Shown one piece after another: positions 50,001 through 59,500 of a DNA stretch of 62,206 bases (within the stretch, counting starts at the first letter, position 1; every line of letters begins with the position of its first letter). The notes under the pieces were generated by a model. It ran no database searches. It was not told the origin of the DNA and worked only from the letters and a program-made list of their open reading frames with translations. This stretch comes from Prevotella sp. (lineage in GTDB: Bacteria; Bacteroidota; Bacteroidia; Bacteroidales; Bacteroidaceae): NCBI GenBank assembly GCA_036758085.1, contig DAIOXG010000001.1, forward strand, positions 8,470 to 70,675. The letters run 5' to 3'. Both the position numbers and the translations under genes were made by a program.

Positions 50001-51363
50001 TAGCGCAACAGTACTGACAGTAGGCAAAACTTATACGATGTCATTTTGGGCTAATGGCAGTCCTGCAAGTATAGATAACGCAGCAGTCTATTTGAATGTT
50101 GCAAACTTCTTCTATCCTGCTGCGGCTCCAGAAACTACATTAGACGGAACAACGTATAAGTTTTATGGATATCAAGGCATAAATGCGTCTTTGCTGTCAA
50201 TATCTAAGCTGTATTGGAAGATAGATAGCGCTACTTGGAAGTTCTATCAGATTACGTTTACAGTTCTGAGTGGGCACACAACAGACCATTGCATATTCTT
50301 ACGCAACTATGGCGGTACATTGAAGATTGCTTGCCCGAAGTTAGAGTTAGGAGGACGTGCTACTGAGTTCAATGATGGTGTAAGCATTAGAGAGTTGCTT
50401 GCAACAGGTATTGACATCAGAGACGGCATAATAAATCTAATTGCGGGTAAGGTCAATTTTATTGATAATAGCGGAAATGTAAATACCAAGGTGCAGATAG
50501 ACCCAACTACAGGCGGCATTATAGCTAAGCAAGGAATAATAGGTGGTTGGAAGATTAACAATAATCGTTTGGAAAGCCAGAATCAGTTAAACGGTTCTCC
50601 TATGGCTTATTTAGACGGTTTGAATGGTATTATGCGCTTAAAGGGAACTCTTCAGCAGTCAACAGCATATAGTGGCAACATATCAGACAGCAATATAGTA
50701 TATTTGTCTGAGATTGAAGCAGGTTCAACTCGTCATTTATCTTTAGGACACGAAAAGGACGATATAGGTAAAGTAATTCATTTGTTTAATGCTGGAGCTT
50801 TCGGTAAGGGACGATACTATATAGGAGCAAACACTTTTGAAGTAGAAGAAAATAGTGATTGGTCTCAATCAGTGTCTGATACAGATTACTACGCAATAGT
50901 TGACCCGCAAGAGGTTATTGAAATGACTTGTTTCGAAAGAACAGGAAGCGATGTTGGAAAAGTTAAAGGACAGTGGGTTCTTACAAATCGTTTCGGTTTA
51001 GTAGATTTCAAGCAAGATTCTGCTGAAGGTCGCCATCCGTTATGTTTAGCAATGGGCATAATATATGGCTCAAGCGGAACTCCTTTTATATCTGGCAGAA
51101 TGTGGGATGGCAGAACTCTTTCTGATGCAGGTTTTACAATCAGCAGGACAAGAGAAGGAGACTATGCTGTAAGTTTTCCAAGCGGAACGCTAACTTCAGA
51201 CTATTCTGTATTCTTCACAGGATATGGAAGCAATATGAAAGGCTCTTTAATAAGTCCTACTTCAACAGGTTTTTCTGTCATGATATCAGACGATACTTCG
51301 TTAAACGATGGAGATGTTCAATTCATCGTATTAGATTCTAATTGGTGGTTTAAGGCAACTTAA
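44053..51363 (+). CDS. Giant tail tip/hub protein with lectin and carbohydrate-binding-like domains
   Basis: N-terminal YATKLYYRGSERNVP...IYPRR hub motifs; beta-rich repeats; ILEI-like segment; PKLELGGRATE. Confidence 0.8.
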   Translation: MEGFIKIYRVVNGATEELKEVTLSKRSYWHHELGGVDYVMLFFSLDNDNLAVTTPFKEGDFIINPINGDKYFIMDLAVPNENNYGFWDFQLRFDSIVTALSRNICKYTLQEGIIELSWKLTDSFSKNSVLRRAILGSLAQANITQSGNWVIDAESFTADIDFSEQFTYSLNGEKYTELFDKICENYGCEWWNVKNGNDNVIYFGIAKTGEGSEIEFVDTETNALAHQLQIISTSTQKSGEDYATKLYYRGSERNVPRNYDLTTGVKRAPVSYLNDSRLPLPDNTPFIASSDFADKPHACVELYETNDKIYPRRLEYVTQVLYYKGKNDEGDEQRFYCVKTDTPVAALADFKVDASKGTLSIAFSSGSLNGRNYEVQLHKASLSRATVYNLDGTPFEGNKSGCWYEIVTEGGDNYTPNEFLHPAVGDECQLFNWIAYNTTTKQLTAPMLQLIADARAELYAAAQERFKEICVLNTSFTCVPAKVGTPSSMLLSIGQSVKVNTAPVLVGASFLSRIRAVEVMLYNPNDRTYTVGIGAKYSRLGRIINSLRENREDLKNVEDEVNNQTTPTTYVIREKSGFQAVRLKQDGNFIPNTLSFEVFGITGRTEVNCTDRSSMRIKFDNGAWVSPDVDGNFQVSGNFQTITASAFTDESLEVLRASMTLHKIEDGSSAASLVITNPLQIIEVNEDWDVGYAFADDTDSYETDIYCFSKEGNLPMTDIDIFLEATNGSKVAIVTDGVAIGNTTINGASIRVTFIVQNNKGHLSVVFTNAAVEQLFTIPVLVAVTTLVGGATSGISQTANIVFRQKGVDGTDGTDGSAASVRKLIVSPNYLVSDAEGNLLSRQLTFSGQIVVGDGLPSVLTDVKFKAIIDGSSVSGNITSPYTLPASCKTVTIEMYDETGLTLVDSQTIPIVKQGRVGKDAVAVILSNENHTLSLEDDRDVINYSGSGTSVKLVTAGYEFVPKDYSTYPEDERWQHLKPGEFFVHAVGTDITAGARSILGNSFAFGNASNLVGGMTGARAAYIDFTIYFRAGGETQINYVPKRQNFSVAPSGFNVAIITLYKRSAEELAANDFTAACAAATPDPITAIRYNFITKALSTLPAGWTSTMPSTKEAALWAVQSTARSRTDEDSIAVTEFSEPTKVLPSGLNTVLTAHSSTTYNRTSNQLALMIVDEDGSHTTQNGFGSSSTRPASETSGALKVFELDPSTLDGRSTKIINIYTANTVDEINTYLSSVANDSIVAVCAYGNVVSMFSKYTGASGLDNFLCTLGCPRFRLNSGETFAFIGGKFVTPGAGILAINAGSVDVSVFIKDGVFVNGQTQLKSETVTLYGRFNNKAAATTSYNSIGTLTYNFNTHLLASSPAGWSQEFPEADSNNYPCFLIQATASNVNDIDEILGSEWSAPQEYVKNGEGSPNFVWSAAYMQVNLDKNNKPQVSTINEILTAYIGQQQKNINSATRLDLNGTKIWDSKNGYASDGRTTLQIQNVIPLSVSSGLLTLGFAFNTSAAFVPGTVHTLTAYFTILDINNVAQTYTATIKIKFSTGNYPGENATKLELIADKVANLQFIAQSSGSPYYTSSSPVTPSSKTFVAYYAGTNFCVKRYNGENQSLFTSVSGITVQIVGNFDTITITDKYTSAPDASNNKTSNYLYIQDGNLYVHVGAIPGERSVYVNSDSPYYIIFPPTSVGVVVNVGDLSISTVLAIDYSAVWSEVKKTNEELSSTVQTLTGEYSHILQRSDLISLKVGNEKTQQRINLLSNAYVNRVFETSSSASDSYEISKVRLEANHWYILSAEAFEADTRKELAVYLNLETSYMAYYTSVNINGSYRAAVKGFSNVLFERKATLFKIGSTTMETNVLGYAPSGYARKSVLKYAQIEDVTDTINKINPTSYELNQGTISGATFDEFAAIMASPYSLGPEDYSVNASLILSPKCLTVNSTGNSDSMTTETVTLPNGTKATAYDLTFNNATGSVSASYYKELQALSNSATVLTVGKTYTMSFWANGSPASIDNAAVYLNVANFFYPAAAPETTLDGTTYKFYGYQGINASLLSISKLYWKIDSATWKFYQITFTVLSGHTTDHCIFLRNYGGTLKIACPKLELGGRATEFNDGVSIRELLATGIDIRDGIINLIAGKVNFIDNSGNVNTKVQIDPTTGGIIAKQGIIGGWKINNNRLESQNQLNGSPMAYLDGLNGIMRLKGTLQQSTAYSGNISDSNIVYLSEIEAGSTRHLSLGHEKDDIGKVIHLFNAGAFGKGRYYIGANTFEVEENSDWSQSVSDTDYYAIVDPQEVIEMTCFERTGSDVGKVKGQWVLTNRFGLVDFKQDSAEGRHPLCLAMGIIYGSSGTPFISGRMWDGRTLSDAGFTISRTREGDYAVSFPSGTLTSDYSVFFTGYGSNMKGSLISPTSTGFSVMISDDTSLNDGDVQFIVLDSNWWFKAT

Positions 51364-51364
51364 T

Positions 51365-51694
51365 ATGAAACAGATAGTAAATTCAATCATACCATTCAAA
51401 GGTTACAAGTCAATGTGCTTGTGTCCTTTCATCTTCGTGCGTAAAGGAACAATTTACTCGAAGATAGACGACAATCATGAAAGAATACACGCAGAGCAGC
51501 AAAAAGAGCTGCTCGTTGTAGGCTTCTTATTGTGTTACGTGTTCGAATGGCTATTTATGTTTCTCTTCACTAAAGACCGTTTCTCGCATAAAGCGTATAG
51601 GAATATCTCATTCGAGGAAGAGGCATACGCACACCAAGCTGAGCAAGGCTATTTAGAGAAAAGAAAGCACTTCGCACAATGGAGAAAAAATTAG
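51365..51694 (+). CDS. Conserved-type membrane/HExxH phage protein
   Basis: NHERIH..QQKELL...AYRNISFEEEAY. Confidence 0.7.
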   Translation: MKQIVNSIIPFKGYKSMCLCPFIFVRKGTIYSKIDDNHERIHAEQQKELLVVGFLLCYVFEWLFMFLFTKDRFSHKAYRNISFEEEAYAHQAEQGYLEKRKHFAQWRKN

Positions 51695-51780
51695 ATTTGA
51701 GCGCACTTAAAATCGAAGCAAGGTAATTTATTACCTCTGGCGTAAAAATCGATTGTGGCTCACTTCTGTGTGGAAATTTG
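51685..51780 (+). repeat. Dispersed tripartite element, copy 7
   Basis: AAAAATTAGATTTGAGCGCAC...GTAATTTATTAC...AAAATCGATTGTGGCTCACTTCTGTG. Confidence 0.85.
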
Positions 51781-51802
51781 GAAATTAAAAACATAAGAAG
51801 AA

Positions 51803-51994
51803 ATGAAAGTTTTTGGCTGATAACGGACATGGCTTCGAAACTCCTGGAAAAATGAGTCTCGATGGACGACTTCACGAATACGCTTATTCGAGAGAAATAG
51901 CTCGTCTGCTTGTTGCTTCTCTGATATAGTAAAGAAAATTATCGTCAAAATGCACGAAGACGCTGTTATAGAGTATATTAAACAACTGAACTAA
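51803..51994 (+). pseudogene. Internally deleted N-acetylmuramoyl-L-alanine amidase (Amidase_3) remnant
   Basis: Removing one T gives MKVLADNGHGFETPGKMSLDGRLHEYAYSREIA; tail KKIIVKMHEDAVIEYIKQLN* ends in a TAATG overlap. Confidence 0.8.
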
Positions 51995-53187
51995 TGGCAG
52001 GTGGAAATAACGCAATACCAAGGCATCGAAGAGGCTTACGCGACAACTACGATTTAGCCACTTATGCAGATGTCATATACTTCGCAACTGATACTGCGGA
52101 GATAATCCTTAACGACACAGTTTACGGCAAAGGCGCATCAGCAGAAGCCGTAGACAATGTGCTGCGTTTGCTTGCATTAAAGCAAGACCTGCTGAACGCT
52201 GGGCAGCTGATTCGTATATATACAGACACGCAAGGAGTGTTACGAATCGGAACGGACAGGCCGATGGACAATGCTGTCACTCCAGAAAGCACGAACTTCA
52301 TTTCAAGCGGAGCGGTCTATGCAGCAATCTCAGCCGCAGAAGAACGAATCAACACTTATTTCCGAGAGGCATTGGGCTTAACACCGGAGCAAATTGTCGC
52401 TTTGAATAAGCTTGCGAAAGAACTAGAGGAATATCCAGATTTCGTCGAAGGAATAACTGCGTTAATACAGCAGAAGCAAGATAACCTTGTCAGCGGTACA
52501 AACATAAAGACAATAAACGAACAATCGCTCTTAGGGCCAGGAAACATAGAAATACTTGGCTTAACTGAACAAGAAAGAGCAAACATAAACGCGCTTATGA
52601 CAGAAGTATTCCCCCTATCTGTTGCTTACACACGACACAATGCTGGAGTTCGAGAAGTCGGCACTTTAGTAACTCCTACTGCATCTTTCCGCGCAACAAG
52701 ACAAGGAAGTCCTGTCACACCGGAATCTGTTGAAGTAACTCCAAGCGCAACTGTAAACGGCAACTCCTGGACAGGTACTCCAGTGAGCAGTGGCAGTGTT
52801 ACGTACACAACGAAAATCACGCAAGGAGGACAGACAAAGACTTTGTCGGCACTTACATGGTCTTTTACTTATTATCGTTATAGAGGCGCAATTTCATCAA
52901 TCCCAGTAGATTACGCATCGACAATTAAAGCGCTTGCAACGAAAGAACTATCTACTGCAGCAACATTAGGCTCTACTGCACTAAACGCAGGAATGTACTA
53001 CTTGTTTGCCGTCAAAGGTGTAGTTACGTTAGTGTGCAGACATGCAGCAACTGACGGAATCATCGGCGGTTGCGTTACAGGAACTGTCGAATTAGAGCAA
53101 GAAAATGAGCAAGGCACGAACACGTATTCATACATATTAGTGCCTGCATCTTCAAATAATTGGAACTTCAAAATAACAAACTCATAG
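51994..53187 (+). CDS. Tail fibre/structural-like hypothetical protein
   Basis: IYFATDT, KQDNLVSGTNIKTINEQSLLGPGNI repeat motif. Confidence 0.65.
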   Translation: MAGGNNAIPRHRRGLRDNYDLATYADVIYFATDTAEIILNDTVYGKGASAEAVDNVLRLLALKQDLLNAGQLIRIYTDTQGVLRIGTDRPMDNAVTPESTNFISSGAVYAAISAAEERINTYFREALGLTPEQIVALNKLAKELEEYPDFVEGITALIQQKQDNLVSGTNIKTINEQSLLGPGNIEILGLTEQERANINALMTEVFPLSVAYTRHNAGVREVGTLVTPTASFRATRQGSPVTPESVEVTPSATVNGNSWTGTPVSSGSVTYTTKITQGGQTKTLSALTWSFTYYRYRGAISSIPVDYASTIKALATKELSTAATLGSTALNAGMYYLFAVKGVVTLVCRHAATDGIIGGCVTGTVELEQENEQGTNTYSYILVPASSNNWNFKITNS

Positions 53188-53188
53188 T

Positions 53189-53527
53189 ATGGCAGACATT
53201 AAGTTACCTTTCTCTTTAGTTCGTCCGTCTCCTACAGAAGGAGTTACATATTCTTCGGAGATTGATGATAAGGCAATTGGCAAGTCTCAGCACGAAATAA
53301 ATGCAGACTTATACAGCCAAGCTCCAAATCTTATTACTCTCGAAGAGTTTAGGGCAATAAAAGTAAAAGAGTATAAATACTACTATGTCGCAAAGGATGA
53401 AGCTGACAAAGCAGCATTGAAAACTTGGCGCATATACCTTAGAACGCAACTTATAGGGGAGTTCAATGTTACAGGTTTCGTTACTCTGCCTACGTTCCCA
53501 ATGAGATTCCCATTCAGATTCGCGTAA
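53189..53527 (+). CDS. Hypothetical protein
   Basis: 112-aa ORF ending FPMRFPFRFA. Confidence 0.6.
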   Translation: MADIKLPFSLVRPSPTEGVTYSSEIDDKAIGKSQHEINADLYSQAPNLITLEEFRAIKVKEYKYYYVAKDEADKAALKTWRIYLRTQLIGEFNVTGFVTLPTFPMRFPFRFA

Positions 53528-53545
53528 TTTAATAACTTAGCAAGT

Positions 53546-56500
53546 ATGGCACGAGAATTTACAGACATTTCAGACCTTCTAAAGAAGGTGAACAATGAAG
53601 AGGCTGCAAGTGAAATAGAGGCATCTGCTGTTCCTGAAGAAGAATACTTGTCGGCTGACGAATTTGTCAATAAAGTCGTAAAGCCAATTCAAGAGCTTCA
53701 GCATGATTCAAGAACTAATGTCAAGGCAGTCAAGTTTAATAACGTAACTTATGAGCCTGACGAAGAAGGTACTGTCACGTTCAACCAGATGGTCGACCAA
53801 GACACGTACGCTGTTCGTTTAGCAACGGACGTTTCTTCGGAAGGAACAATCGTAAAGAAGACAGGTTCATCGATACCTGTCAATTTGCGTTATATGGCTA
53901 TTCGCATCACGACAGCCGGAGACCGTATTAACTATCAGTCAGTTCCTGGAACTCTGACAATCGACCGTTCATTTGACGGAGGTGAGTATGAGAATGTGCT
54001 GACGCAAGGCAACATCACATCTTCAAGCGAGAACAGCCATGATTATCCAATCGCTTTGGAATTAGGGCAGTATTGCTTGACAGGCTCTAATACAATACGC
54101 ATCAGAGTTTCAACTTATTACTTCGATGAAAATAATGTGCGTCGTGACATCTACGGCGAGACTTTCTATCAAGTAACTGCTGTGAACTTAGGTGTTAAGA
54201 ATATGGCGAATTGGAGTCAACAAATCTTAGCATCTAACGGAATGTTCCCTCTGAGTTTCGCAGTATATGGTGCAGTCGAGAAATGGCTTCATGTGCAGAT
54301 TAGTGGCTCAAAGGGAACTTTGACGCAAGTAATTCGTTTCGCTGCAAACCAAGAAAATCCAGAATCTAATCCTTACACTTGGTCTGAGCAGGAGAACCCA
54401 ACTTATGGCATACTTTCTCATGGAGTACATGCAGTAACTGCTTGGGTGTCTTGTGACGATGGAAGTGGAAGCACAGGCGCAGATGGGTACTATAATGGCT
54501 TGGAGTCTGACAAAATAATCAGTCGTTTCATGGTTGTGAATACTTCTGCATCTACAGAAGCATTGCATAAACCATTCCTTATGTTGCAGCAAGTTGTTAC
54601 AGAAGCTGCAAATTACGTCCGTACAGAAATATGCAAGTATGCTGTGTGGATTCCTTCTGCAACAAATCCAGAAGTTGCAAGTTTAGACCCGCTTGCAATC
54701 TCAATTCGTCTGACTGATGCAGCAGACAATGATACTGACTACATGCAGGAATTCTATCGTTCTGAACTGAAAGTACAGTCTTCAACTGCTTACACTCTCG
54801 ACACTGCAATCGAAATCGAAAACACACAGCAAGGCGAGGCTCCAAAGGAGTACAGTGCATACTTGCGCATCTTCCGTTACGACGACAACGAAGACCCAAT
54901 CAACTTCATGAGAGAGTCATCGAATATTCGTTATCAGCTTATTACTATAGATAACTCGCAAGACTTCTCTCCTGTTGCTGGTGCTCATTTCTTCTTGAAT
55001 CCAAAGGTTCGAAACAATAGTGAAGCCAATTGGAAACGAATTGTCAACCAAGTCACAGGACAGATAATTCCATCTACATGGTCGTCAAACTTCGGTGGAG
55101 TAATTGATGCTTGGATAGACGACGGCACGGGCCAGAAAGTGCTTCGCACACTTGCAGGACAGACAATCAACATCGAATACGAGCCGTGGGAGCAGTTCAA
55201 GACAAATGCTTCATCGCTTATGTCTTTGGAAATCAATTTCGCAGTTCGCAATATAACTGCTGAGGAAGACCCAGCGCTTGACATCTGCCAGGCAATAGGA
55301 CAGGCAGGACAGCTTCTTGGTTTGCGCATGAAGCCTCTTACAGCTTTCCTAATGGCACAGCAACATCAGGTAGAGAACGACCAGGATTGGGGCTTCGAAG
55401 AAGGAAAGCGCACACACTGTGTAATTGTGTTGAATCCGCAAGTTATTGCCAAGGCAGACGACGAGCTGACTTGGCAGAGCCAGGATGCTGCAATGTCTCC
55501 TTTGGCACTTGCAAAGATTTACATCAACGGTTACATCAACCGAGAGCTCGACTATCCAGTAACTTCGGGTGCTTGGATTACCGGTGCAGGACACGGTGGC
55601 ATTAAGTTAGGTTGTCCATCTGCAGACCTCGATATATACGGCATTCGTTGTTATCGTGGAATTGCTTTGTCTGCACAGAACGTAGTACAGAATTATATCG
55701 CTTCTCTGCCAACAGCAGACGAGAAAGTAGCAGTCCGCAATGCAAACGACATTCTCGACGGCTATGGCCGAATCTCTTATGCCAAGGTCAAGGCTAAAGG
55801 AAAGCGCTGTCTGACGTTGTTTGGACAAGACAACTATAAGCTCAACCAAGACAAGAAGAAAGGCTATCCTTGCTATTGGAGAATAGACTACTTCGACGAT
55901 AACGGCAACTACATACCAGAGTTGTCAGGCACAATCTGTAAGGCTTCTTATGAGGCTTTCGTAGCTGGAACTCTCGGAGGCAAGAAGCCAATGTACAATA
56001 CGGCGCAAGGTTCGACTGCCAACACTTATTGGGATAACAATGAGCAGACAAAGCTTGACAAGGTCACATATGTTATCAATGTCTTGTTCAGCTCTCTGCA
56101 TTCTGATTTCGGTTGGAAGGCTGAAATGTCTACACCAGACGGAGAAGGCAAGTGCTCTAATCCTATGTACTTTGACGGCAGTCAAATCACACCCTCGGAT
56201 TATGCCAATCTCACTACTGCACAGCAGGAGCGTGTTACTATCGACGTAATAGACGGTTGGATTGACGGAAATGGCAAGTATCATGGACAGTGCTACACAT
56301 CTGCTTTAGGTGCTCCTTTGGCAACGAAGCTTGTGAACAAGATTAACTACGCTTCGCCTATGCAGTCTCACAAGATGGGTGCAACTCGTCTTTACAATGA
56401 TGTGATGAAGGCAGTTACAGGTGGAATGGCATTGCACCAAACCAACAGCAAGGCTCGTTTCGCTGTGCTCGAGGATTCGTTCTTCTTCTTTACTGCACAC

Positions 56501-59500
56501 CCAGACGACAATTTCAAAGTTGAGTATCGCGGTCTTTCTACGTTCGGTTCCGGTAAGTGTGACAAGCCAACTTGGGGCTATCCAACTAACAAAAATGCTT
56601 TTGTATTCGAAGGCGCAAACAATAACCTTCCATTATGCGACTTCCGAGTTCCGGCAGACGACGATGTAGTGTATGACCCATCAGAAGAGGCTTGGTGCTA
56701 TAACGGAGTCGAGTCTATGGACTATGACTTGGGCAAGACTGAGTCAAGGCTTGACGGAGAAGGAAAAGTAATAATGCTTGACGACGAAGCAGCAGAGTTC
56801 CCGACACAGAAGAACGAAGCAATCTTCAGAAAGTATTGTAACTTCATCTATACTCATGGAACTGCATTGGAGTATTTCAGAGGTTCAAGAACGCAGTTCG
56901 AGCAGAAGTACGCGGCATTAGTCGCTGCAATGAGCCATGACTCTCCAACTTATGACCCTGATGCTTCTGAGCAGGTTGCAGATATGCAGAAGAAGAAGTA
57001 TTGGTTTAGTGAAGGTTCGGAGCAGTTTCATTTAGTACGTTATGACTATGTAAGAACTAAGTGGGTTGATGCTGGAACATTCGACTTGAATGGCACAAAC
57101 TACTACACTGCAGGCGCAGTCGATTTGTCACAAGACGGAATGACAGCACAAGCTTATCAAGATTGGTACAACTCTGATGACAGAGGCGATTACGTGAAAC
57201 TTAACAAAGTTTTTCGCTATGCAATAGCTCGTCATGCTGCTGCAAACTTCTCTCTTGTCGGACATGCAGGTTCTCACAAGGTTCATTACAACCTTGTAAA
57301 CTTCTTCATTGCAGGTACTGATAACTGCTCGAAGAATACTTATTACCATGCAGACCCGAATACAGGTTTGATTTGGTTAGACCAGGATGATATGGACACA
57401 ATCTTCAAGACTGATAACAATGGTCGTCAGACGAAGGTTTATTTCCTTGACAGAATAAACGATGTATCAGACTATGCTGCTGGCTACAAGCCACAGATAG
57501 ACTTCGAAGGACGTGCATCAAATCTGTTCAACCTTATCGAAGTTATGTGGGAAGAACTCAGCGACGAGCTTCGTGCAAACATGCGCCAGATTCTTACTGC
57601 AATGGCAGGTTTGGTTTCTGCAAGTGACAGTATTCCTGATGTTAGCGAGAAGGTTAGCGCTTGGGGTTGTCTGCACAAATACTTCTTCTCAATTCAGAAG
57701 TATTTCCCGCAGGTCGCTTACAACGAGCAGGCTCGTTTACGCTACGAATACCCGAAGTCGTTCGGATACATTTCTCGAGGCAATCAGTCTCGCGGTATCG
57801 ACCCTATTACACAGTCTGTCGGCAATCAGCTTGAAAGCGAAGTACAGTACATGAAGCGCAGACTAGCACTTATAGCCTCTTATGCTTGTTGGGGAGATTT
57901 CTCTTCTGGTGTAAATACAGGTGTCGTAGGTCTCGAAGATAGCGGTTCTTCATTCAACGTTTCTCCTGGCTCAGGTCGTACAGGAGGCAATTATGTGTTC
58001 GATGTAGTTCCTCATCAGTTCTTGTACCCGACAGGTATGGCTGACAGACGAGCAATAGACCCTCACGTTCGCGTAGCTCCAGGACAGCATTATCAATTCA
58101 CTGTAGCAACTACAGGTGAAATTAGCGGTGACTCTTCTGTTGGTTTGGCTGCACTGAACTACTATCGAGAGATAGGAAACGTAGGAAATATGGTTGTAGG
58201 CAATAACTCATTGAATCTTAACGGTTCGCGTCTTACGAAGTTTATTGCTGAGCCTTCTGCTGGAGCATCGCAATTCTTCGCTCCGAAGGCAATCGTATTT
58301 ACAGGTGTTCCGAATGTAGAGCAGATTTCTATGAATGGCAGTGCAAGCATCTACGGTACGTTAGACTTTTCAATCCAAGCTCGTATGCAGACGTTAGACC
58401 TCAGAGGAACGAATGTATCTAACATAGTTCTTCCACAGTCTTCTGCTATCACAAGTGTGAAGTTAGGTACTGCAATGACTTCAATCAATGCAAACAATTT
58501 ACCGAACCTATCAGAACTTACAGTAGGCAATGTTGGTGATACAGCACCTGCACAGCACATAGTTTCAATACGCATTATGGACTGTCCTCTTGTAAGCTCA
58601 CAGAATATTGTGACTGCTGCTTGGCAATCAAACAACGAAGTGCTCGATACAATTTCTGTCAACAAGATTGATTGGAGCAATGTAGCTTCTGCTTTATTGC
58701 AGTGGGTAACGGGCATACAGAACACTGATATGGCAGGTAAGATTGCTGTTACTTCTACTGAGATTGTAAATGCAGCACTGAAGCTGGCTTTGCTGAATAA
58801 GTTTGGCGCAATCGATGAACAAACTAATAAATTGTATATAACGTATTTGACCCGTGCAGTAGTACAAATGAGAATCGTAACTCAACGCTTCATAATTCAA
58901 GCTCCTGGAAGCTATCCTTACAAAGTTTCTATCTTTCCTTCACAGGCTAATACGTTCAAGAAGATTGCTTGGTCACTTTCTGCAAACACTGTAGGTGCAA
59001 CTGTTGACGCAAATACAGGTGTTCTTACAGTACCAAATCTTGGTTCTGAGGCTGCTAATACTGTTGCTCAACTTACGTGTACTGTGACATTGCTCGATAA
59101 CACGACAATGTCTGACACAATCAATCTAAAGTTATTCAACAGACTTCCTAAGGTTGGAGATTTCGCTTATGCTGATGGAGAGTTCGACGCAGAACTGTAC
59201 TACGGCAAGAACGTAGTAGGTATGGTATATAAGGTTACAGACTATGACAACTTAACTGCTGATGAACGTGCAAGACACTTCGAGGAAAATACCGAGTGGC
59301 AGACCGCTTATGAGAATGGACAGAAGTTGTACGAAGTTCTTGTAGAGTACAAGTCGAACGTCTCTTATAAAACTTATGATGGAGCAACTACTTTCAGTTC
59401 AACTCCTTGGGGAATATTTCCTAGCAATTCAGGCGGCATTACAGCAGCAGAACGTGAAAGCATTGCAACTGCTGTCACAAATGCAGGTTATGCAATGACA

